Shown here: positions 26,000 through 31,774 of the stretch, piece by piece
How positions within the stretch are numbered: the first letter of the stretch is position 1
Layout: every line of letters begins with the position of its first letter
From: a virus
Lineage: Duplodnaviria > Heunggongvirae > Uroviricota > Caudoviricetes
DNA length: 31,774 bases
Virus record (IMG/VR): IMGVR_UViG_3300029846_000231
Strand: one strand, 5' to 3'
The notes under the pieces: generated by a model
Databases searched by the model: none
Told to the model about the DNA's origin: nothing
What the model saw: only the letters and a program-made list of their open reading frames with translations
Program-made: the position numbers and the translations under genes

Positions 26000-28276
26000 T
26001 CAAATGGGTAACAAAAACCCCGGCCAATCATCAGCGACCTGATAAGTGAAAGGTTTCCCGTCATAATTTACGGTCGCGCCACGCGCCAGCGCCTCAAGCT
26101 CCCATCGTTGCGGCCTGATACCGTTCTGAGCGAGATCAACGCGGATACGGGTAATTTGCAATCGTTCCGACCGGGTCAGTCTGGCCGATGGTGCAATTTC
26201 ATGCGGTTTTAACGGGCTTCCGTTTCTTTGCTGACGGTTTGGCGTTCTCCGGTCGTGTTTTAATGCGCCCCTGAGCGCCCTCACGACCTCCGGGTCATTC
26301 CATTCGATAACATCGTCATCAACCAGATTAAGCACTGCTGCGGCGTGCTCAGAAGGTGTGGGAGCCGGTAACGAAGTATCACCACCGGTGAGCTTTCCAC
26401 AGTTATTGACAGGACTCCGAGGCGCGGCGATGCCGCTTTTTAAAGTCAAAGGCTCAACGACCGGAACTTTCGGCACAATGCGCCAGTCCGTCGTTCTGGT
26501 GATATGAATATGACGCGCGCCGAGATGCGGCGCGTAAATGCCGACCACTCTCTCGACTTCTTCCTCGTACTCGTTAACGTCATCCGACAGACTACGGGCG
26601 ACCCTGACAGTCTGACAATCGCGCGGGACATTTGCCCCGCCCTGCGCGCTGATATACAGCGCAAAATCACCACTGTCTGCGGCGGCGCGTGCAGCCTCGA
26701 CGCGCTCGTCAAACTCATCAGCAATGCTGACGCCGCGAGGCAATTTGCGTAGTTCACGGTAAGCCCCCATTGTCGGCAGGCCAACCGTTTTAAATTGCGG
26801 AATGCGCCACGTTGACGCCCATGCGGTAACAGCCGCTGCAGTGTCTTTCAGCGGCCTGCCGGTGTCGTTATCGAGCTGACCATCCAGTGCATAGCCGTCG
26901 ATGTTTTTTGAAATGTATTTCGCGATATATCCCGCAGCACCGCCCCGGTTAAGGTGTTTTGCCTGAAAACGGTTTCGCGCGGCTCCTCTTTCGTCGCCAT
27001 CCTCTTTGAGCGCATAGCGACGCATGATTTCGATAATCTGGTTACGCTGGCGTGGATGACAAAAAAGCATCATATGCCAGTGCGGCGTTCCGTCGTGGTG
27101 TGGCTCGACGACTCGCAAACCGTAGACCTGTAAATCATTATCCTTGAATGCCGTGCGCATCAGGCTCCAGATACGGCAGAGATAACGCTGCGCATCCTTT
27201 GGATTAAATGCCTCATCGTTCCAGCCGTGATTAAGCTGAACGGTTTTACTTTCGCCTTTTCCGACCTGACGTGTCGGGTGATACTTTGACGGCGCGGTCA
27301 GCGTGATAAACATCCCCACATCACCCTCTGCGGCGGCGTAACGCTCAATACCGGCAATGGTGTTCATCAGCTCCATCCGGCGAATTTCAGGATTAGAAAT
27401 ACTGCCCATCACCTTACTGATAAGGTCGATGCGCTCGCCGGTTTCCCTGTTTTCAAGGTCACACGATTTAAGAAATTCCAGATTTGCCTGGCGGCGCGCA
27501 CGCACATCACGAATGGCGTGTTTACTGGCATAAGGAGAACGGTCTTTATTGACCTCCCCGACAGCTATCAGTAACGCCTCATGCCAGCGCATACGCTGGC
27601 CTTTAAGCTGATGAGTCCACCACTCATCGTTAAACAGGCGGGCAATGGCAGAATATGCCTGCCTCGTGGTCATCTGTCCTTTACGGTATTTTTTCCAGTA
27701 GAGCGGGGAAATATTGAAAGCACGTGCAGCGCCAGCAACATGACCATACAGGTGAGCCTGCGCCTCATCCGTAAACAGCGATTCTTTTTCACCATGCGCA
27801 TCAACCCATGCATCGCAGAGTTCCTCATACATCATGAAAAGCTGCGATGAGATACGGGCGGCAAACTTTTTCAGCTCCTTGTCATTCATTCCCGGCAGGC
27901 GCGCATAGTGGTCACGCTCTGCCAGAAACAGCAACGACGCGTCGGTGTTCATTTCATGGCGCTGATTCACACGCTCAATGCGCGGCCATAAACGACGCTG
28001 AAAAGTAGATGTGAGGAAATAAAACCCGTGCACCGGGCTTTTATTGCGCCGGATGTAGTCATAGCGTGAAGTAAACAGCGAGCGCAAAAAGTAAGGCAGG
28101 CGGTTAATCGTGGATAAAACACCTTGCACCTGACGCATCTCGTCACGTGTAAGAGGTCTTTCGCGCCCGACAGCCTCGCGTGGCGCGTTCCATGCATAAG
28201 CACCGGTAAACGCCTTACCGGTGCCTGCGGTAAATGCTGACGGAGGGACAAAACGCCCGGAGGCTTTAACGGCCAT
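26000..28276 (-). CDS. A: replication initiation protein A (rolling-circle nicking endonuclease), about 758 aa
   Basis: Start at MAVKASGRFVPPSAFTAGTGK as I recall for P2 gpA (about 761 aa); the six-frame ORF extends 14 codons upstream. Large protein in the P2 A position after orf83. Confidence 0.85.
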   Translation of the reverse strand: MAVKASGRFVPPSAFTAGTGKAFTGAYAWNAPREAVGRERPLTRDEMRQVQGVLSTINRLPYFLRSLFTSRYDYIRRNKSPVHGFYFLTSTFQRRLWPRIERVNQRHEMNTDASLLFLAERDHYARLPGMNDKELKKFAARISSQLFMMYEELCDAWVDAHGEKESLFTDEAQAHLYGHVAGAARAFNISPLYWKKYRKGQMTTRQAYSAIARLFNDEWWTHQLKGQRMRWHEALLIAVGEVNKDRSPYASKHAIRDVRARRQANLEFLKSCDLENRETGERIDLISKVMGSISNPEIRRMELMNTIAGIERYAAAEGDVGMFITLTAPSKYHPTRQVGKGESKTVQLNHGWNDEAFNPKDAQRYLCRIWSLMRTAFKDNDLQVYGLRVVEPHHDGTPHWHMMLFCHPRQRNQIIEIMRRYALKEDGDERGAARNRFQAKHLNRGGAAGYIAKYISKNIDGYALDGQLDNDTGRPLKDTAAAVTAWASTWRIPQFKTVGLPTMGAYRELRKLPRGVSIADEFDERVEAARAAADSGDFALYISAQGGANVPRDCQTVRVARSLSDDVNEYEEEVERVVGIYAPHLGARHIHITRTTDWRIVPKVPVVEPLTLKSGIAAPRSPVNNCGKLTGGDTSLPAPTPSEHAAAVLNLVDDDVIEWNDPEVVRALRGALKHDRRTPNRQQRNGSPLKPHEIAPSARLTRSERLQITRIRVDLAQNGIRPQRWELEALARGATVNYDGKPFTYQVADDWPGFLLPI

Positions 28277-28541
28277 ATGAGCCAAAAGCCTCTGAACAAC
28301 GCTTGCTGAGTTGCTCAACCTGCGCGTTTAAATCAGCAAAAGATTTTGCGCTTCCGGTCAGAATATCGTGATGCATCAGGCCGGAAACGAGCTGGCCTAA
28401 TTTCGGGTAATAACCAACCACCGCCAGCCATTCCTGACCGGCGTTTTTACCGCTTTCCGCTCTCTTTTTCTCGTGGAGAATAAACTGAAAGCTGTCACTG
28501 GTAACGACATAACGTTCGCCAATTTCAACACGAATACTCAT
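28266..28541 (-). CDS. P2 orf83-like protein (91 aa)
   Basis: Small ORF in the P2 early operon between orf82 and A; start overlaps the orf82 stop. Confidence 0.7.
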   Translation of the reverse strand: MSIRVEIGERYVVTSDSFQFILHEKKRAESGKNAGQEWLAVVGYYPKLGQLVSGLMHHDILTGSAKSFADLNAQVEQLSKRCSEAFGSYGR

Positions 28542-28762
28542 GCCGTTCTCCGGTAATGTTTGTTTTTTGCTTCAAAGACTGACTGACAGGAAACACAACG
28601 CGTGGCTGACGGATAAGCCGCACGACGGGCAGCAGGTATTGGCGCGTCACACTCTTCGCAAACCAGCGCAGAAACACCGCAATGTTTTACCCTTGCCGCG
28701 TTAATCTGGCGCTCCAGTAATTCAGCCTGTTGTTCCTGAATAAAATCCACGTTGTCCGGCAT
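28538..28762 (-). CDS. P2 orf82-like TraR/DksA-type C4 zinc-finger protein (74 aa)
   Basis: CEEC...CVSC four-cysteine motif in a 74-aa protein (ALVCEECDAPIPAARRAAYPSATRCVSCQ), typical of TraR/DksA-family zinc fingers. Confidence 0.75.
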   Translation of the reverse strand: MPDNVDFIQEQQAELLERQINAARVKHCGVSALVCEECDAPIPAARRAAYPSATRCVSCQSVFEAKNKHYRRTA

Positions 28763-29067
28763 TACCAGCTCCTTTTGTCGTTCAGCTTCTTAAATTCATC
28801 AGCGCAATAACTGGCGAGTTCTGTCGTTAATTTTGTCAGTTCATCCACTGAGGAAATTTGCTTGTGGAATACAGCGCGTTTAACAAGTAAATTGACCACA
28901 TCAGACAGGAGGTTTAATTCACTCTGATAAATCGCGATAACAGATTCAGTTATTTCGCGCTTCTCTTTATCAATACCAAGTTGAATAAGAGACAAATCAC
29001 CATTTTCCATAACGGCGATTTTTAAGGCGTTATTCAGTAATACAACCGAACGAGAACAGGACATCAA
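28762..29067 (-). CDS. P2 orf81-like protein (101 aa)
   Basis: Tightly coupled small ORF in the early operon (start overlaps the preceding stop). Confidence 0.65.
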   Translation of the reverse strand: MMSCSRSVVLLNNALKIAVMENGDLSLIQLGIDKEKREITESVIAIYQSELNLLSDVVNLLVKRAVFHKQISSVDELTKLTTELASYCADEFKKLNDKRSW

Positions 29068-29288
29068 AGCACCTCCCCGCGAGACAATCCGATATTGTGA
29101 AATTTTTCCGACTCCTGACTGAGCAGCTCAACTATCTCCACGCGGGATAACTCCGCCTTTGTGATGTGGCGAATCATGGCGTCAAGATGAGAAGAAAAGC
29201 GCGTCGCAGCGTCGGCCTGTGCTTCGGTTCTGGCCTGTTGCAGCAGTAATGCGTATTTACCGCACTGATTTTCAGAAACTGTATGCAT
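29064..29288 (-). CDS. P2 orf80-like protein (74 aa)
   Basis: Small ORF immediately downstream of B in the early operon. Confidence 0.65.
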   Translation of the reverse strand: MHTVSENQCGKYALLLQQARTEAQADAATRFSSHLDAMIRHITKAELSRVEIVELLSQESEKFHNIGLSRGEVL

Positions 29289-29351
29289 GACTTTCTCCAG
29301 GCAAAAAGAAGCCCCGCACGATTAAGTGCGTTAAAAACTCTGGTTAATTAT

Positions 29352-29852
29352 TTAATGCAGATATTGCTCTGGTTTTACCGACGTCAGAATTGTCGGTGCA
29401 TACTCAAACAGACTGAATAATTCACGTAATGCACGGAATAAAGCATCACGCCAGTAACATGATTCTTCATTAATTCGCCAGTACGGCTGATTGAATTCTT
29501 TTTCTGTCAATCCCGCATGCATAAATAAAGTACGACGCTGACTGACTGTTAAAAAACTAATATATGCATACTCACTTGCGCCGACCTGACGGCGTTTTGA
29601 GAATGCGCCACGCAATTCATCAATTGCACAAACCAGTCGTTCACGTTCGACGTCGTTCATTTCTTCAAAACGCATCGTTGCGTGACGCTGTTTTAACTGC
29701 GCATGGAAGCAAACCGTTAGCCGTTCGCGTTCCATCATCTGATTATAATAATCGCATGTCTCCTGCCAGCGAGGGACGGCCAGATGCTTACCAATTATCC
29801 GGCGCATAGCTGCTGGCTGTTTTTCAACGAGATTGAGCGTCATCACTGTCAT
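29352..29852 (-). CDS. B: replication protein B (helicase-loader-like), about 166 aa
   Basis: MTVMTLNLVEKQPAAMRRIIGKHLAVPRWQ matches my memory of the P2 gpB N-terminus; the ORF could also start 2 codons upstream at 29858. Confidence 0.8.
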   Translation of the reverse strand: MTVMTLNLVEKQPAAMRRIIGKHLAVPRWQETCDYYNQMMERERLTVCFHAQLKQRHATMRFEEMNDVERERLVCAIDELRGAFSKRRQVGASEYAYISFLTVSQRRTLFMHAGLTEKEFNQPYWRINEESCYWRDALFRALRELFSLFEYAPTILTSVKPEQYLH

Positions 29853-30046
29853 TTCCATACCCTCCGGCTTTTCAGAAAGGTCAGAGCCTTTTTTAACGGA
29901 CTCTGTTTTTTGGTGCGGATAATGATTCCCTTACGCCCCTTACCGTGGGTGATGGTGAAGTCAATCGCCCTGGGGCTTTCGTTACGCAATAACTGAGCAA
30001 TACAACGCGGCTCATTCATAATCACAACCCCATCCACAAAAGCCAT
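29849..30046 (-). CDS. P2 orf78-like small basic protein (65 aa)
   Basis: Small ORF between cox and B, where P2 has orf78; overlaps the cox 3' end by 25 nt in another frame; Lys/Arg-rich. Confidence 0.5.
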   Translation of the reverse strand: MAFVDGVVIMNEPRCIAQLLRNESPRAIDFTITHGKGRKGIIIRTKKQSPLKKALTFLKSRRVWK

Positions 30047-30309
30047 GCATCACGCTGTTCAACCGGTCGGTTATAAAACGCCTCACGTACAGCGCGATTA
30101 AACTCAGGAATGAAAACCCATTTTTCACCGGCACGAGCCTTCGGTTTGCAAGGATCACGCAATTCAATAATTGGTAATTTATTTGCCTTCACCATTTCAC
30201 TGACGGCTGTCTTTGGCTTCCCTAATAAATCAGCAAATTTATCCACATGAACCGCATCAAGCGGATACTGAATCACATAATTTTCAGCGTCCATATATGG
30301 TACCCTCAT
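30022..30309 (-). CDS. cox: Cox-like excisionase / early-promoter repressor (90-95 aa)
   Basis: Divergent from C; pattern FADLLGKPKTAVSEMVKANKLPII...ARAGEKWVFIPEFN...RPVEQRDAWLLWMGL parallels P2 Cox. Start ambiguous between 30309 and the ATG at 30294. Confidence 0.75.
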   Translation of the reverse strand: MRVPYMDAENYVIQYPLDAVHVDKFADLLGKPKTAVSEMVKANKLPIIELRDPCKPKARAGEKWVFIPEFNRAVREAFYNRPVEQRDAWLLWMGL

Positions 30310-30430
30310 AGGATCCAGCCCTTTCTAAACCACTCAAAACCGTTTAGATGCTGGTTTATTCTCAAAGCAATGGAACCTATATAGGTTCCAGTTTTGAGGG
30401 AATTTAGTCCCTATATAGGCACCATGTCAA
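30310..30430. promoter_or_regulatory. cox-C divergent early control region with repeated palindromic candidate operators
   Basis: CCTATATAGG occurs at 30376-30385 (inside the 20-bp perfect palindrome TGGAACCTATATAGGTTCCA, 30371-30390) and again at 30410-30419; ctaaac/gtttag inverted repeat at 30324-30346. This is the position of the P2 Pe/Pc promoters and operators. Confidence 0.5.
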
Positions 30431-30724
30431 ATGAAATTAAGCGAAAAGATTAAGGCCTTGCGTGAGGCTGAAGGGCTAAGCCAATCAAAATTCTGTGAAA
30501 TCATAGAGTTACCGCTAAGCACACTTAAAAAATATGAAGGAGGAAACTTTGAACCCGGTGGCACAGCTTTGCTAAAAATCACTATGCATCCCACATTCCA
30601 AAAATATGCTCTATGGCTTATGACAGATAAAACCGCGCCGGACGCAGGACAAATCGCACCGGCTCTCGCGCACATTGGGCCAGAGTCAACAGAGTCCAAC
30701 CACTCCGCGAAAAGGATTGGCTAA
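30431..30724 (+). CDS. C: immunity repressor C (97 aa)
   Basis: 97 aa; C-terminal region contains GQIAPALAH and ...KYALWLMTDKTAPDAGQ..., resembling P2 C repressor (99 aa) as I recall it; directly upstream of int. Confidence 0.8.
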   Translation: MKLSEKIKALREAEGLSQSKFCEIIELPLSTLKKYEGGNFEPGGTALLKITMHPTFQKYALWLMTDKTAPDAGQIAPALAHIGPESTESNHSAKRIG

Positions 30725-30793
30725 CTCTATATAAAGATTACATTTTCACCATTTGCTACCAAGATGGTGAATACAGCGCCGGAGGGCTTTCTT

Positions 30794-31774
30794 ATGGCAA
30801 TTAAGAAGCTCGATGATGGTCGCTATGAAGTGGACATTAGACCTCGCGGTCGCGACGGAAAACGCATCCGCAGGAAATTCGAAAGAAAAGCTGAAGCACT
30901 AGCATTTGAGCGATACACAATCGCCAATGCCAGTCAGAACGAATGGGGAGGCCAGCGAGCAGACCGCCGGACTTTGAGTGAGTTGCTGGACATCTGGTGG
31001 AAATATCACGGGCAAAACCACGAGCATGGAACAAAAGAGTTTAATCATCTACTCAAAACCATCAGCGGCATAGGTGATATACCAGTGAGCAGGATGAGCA
31101 AAAGGGCTTTGATGGATTATCGTTCCATGCGACTACGTGATGGTATCAGTGCCGCAACGATAAACCGTGACATGTACCGATTATCCGGCATGTTCACAAA
31201 ATTAATTCAATTGGATGAATTTTCCGGGCAACACCCAATTCACGGACTGCCGCCACTGGCGGAGGCCAACCCTGAAATGACGTTCCTGGAAACAGCAGAA
31301 ATCGAAAAACTGTTAAATGTTTTGGCTGGTGATGACTTACTTGTCGCGCTTTTATGTCTGAGCACCGGAGGAAGATGGACGGAAGTTGCCACGCTAAAAC
31401 CAGCACAGATTACAAATTGCAGGGTTACCTTCCTGAAAACCAAAAACGGTAAAAAGCGAACCGTGCCGATTTCTGAGGAACTGGAGAAAAAAGTTAAAGA
31501 GGAGGCCAGCGCCAAATTATTCAAAGTTGATTATGAGAAATTTTGCGGGATTTTACGCAGAGTGAAACCTGATATACCACCCAATCAGGCAACCCACATC
31601 CTGCGGCATACATTCGCAAGCCATTTCATGATGAATGGGGGCAATATAATCGCACTGCAACAGATTCTGGGACATGCGAGCATTCAGCAGACGATGGCCT
31701 ATGCGCACCTTGCGCCTGACTATCTGCAAAATGCCGTCGCTCTGAATCCACTAAAAGGCGGAGTGACGTTATAA
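30794..31774 (+). CDS. int: tyrosine integrase, P2 Int-like (326 aa)
   Basis: Start at MAIKKLDDGRYEVDIRPRGRDGKRIRRKF (GGAGGG 7 nt upstream) matches the P2 Int N-terminus; C-terminal catalytic region has HILRHTFASHF and LGHASIQQTMAYAHL (R-H-R-Y type motifs). TAA stop at the last base of the window. Confidence 0.9.
   Translation: MAIKKLDDGRYEVDIRPRGRDGKRIRRKFERKAEALAFERYTIANASQNEWGGQRADRRTLSELLDIWWKYHGQNHEHGTKEFNHLLKTISGIGDIPVSRMSKRALMDYRSMRLRDGISAATINRDMYRLSGMFTKLIQLDEFSGQHPIHGLPPLAEANPEMTFLETAEIEKLLNVLAGDDLLVALLCLSTGGRWTEVATLKPAQITNCRVTFLKTKNGKKRTVPISEELEKKVKEEASAKLFKVDYEKFCGILRRVKPDIPPNQATHILRHTFASHFMMNGGNIIALQQILGHASIQQTMAYAHLAPDYLQNAVALNPLKGGVTL

Larger units (their letters stand above)
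1..31774. mobile_element. P2-like prophage, near-complete, in integrated order (ogr side to int side, cos internal)
   Basis: Collinear set of about 40 genes matching the P2 map in order, strand pattern and length; cos is internal and int/ogr are at opposite window ends, as expected for a prophage integrated at the site between int and ogr. Confidence 0.85.

Noticed and set aside
1-31774. CRISPR arrays, tRNA/rRNA genes, IS elements
   Set aside because: No regularly spaced direct repeats, no cloverleaf-compatible tRNA-like segments and no transposase-like ORFs were seen; the only recombinases are the phage integrase and the fibre invertase.

Overview
This window is an essentially complete P2-like (Peduovirus-type) prophage, read in integrated gene order and reverse-complemented relative to the standard P2 map: ogr, D, U, T, E/E', FII, FI, invertase, invertible tail-fibre segment, H, I, J, W, V, S, R, lysis cassette, X, L, M, N, O on the minus strand, then P and Q on the plus strand, the cos site, a cargo island, A, orf83 to orf80, B, orf78, cox (minus), then C and int (plus). 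Gene order, protein lengths and several N-terminal sequences match my memory of P2 closely; no search was run, so all homology calls are from recognition only. The main candidate for an undescribed system is the AT-rich cargo island between cos/Q and A (22.3-26.0 kb), the position where P2 carries tin and old. It holds a 313-aa protein with a HEPN-like RNENFH motif, a convergent operon of an ImmA/IrrE-type Zn-peptidase plus a two-helix membrane protein, and a 37-aa hydrophobic peptide gene with its own terminator. A second accessory locus is a Gin/Cin-type invertase with an invertible tail-fibre segment between FI and H. An AT-rich 213-aa gene of unknown function sits at the ogr-side edge. No tRNA, rRNA, CRISPR array or att core could be identified in the window.
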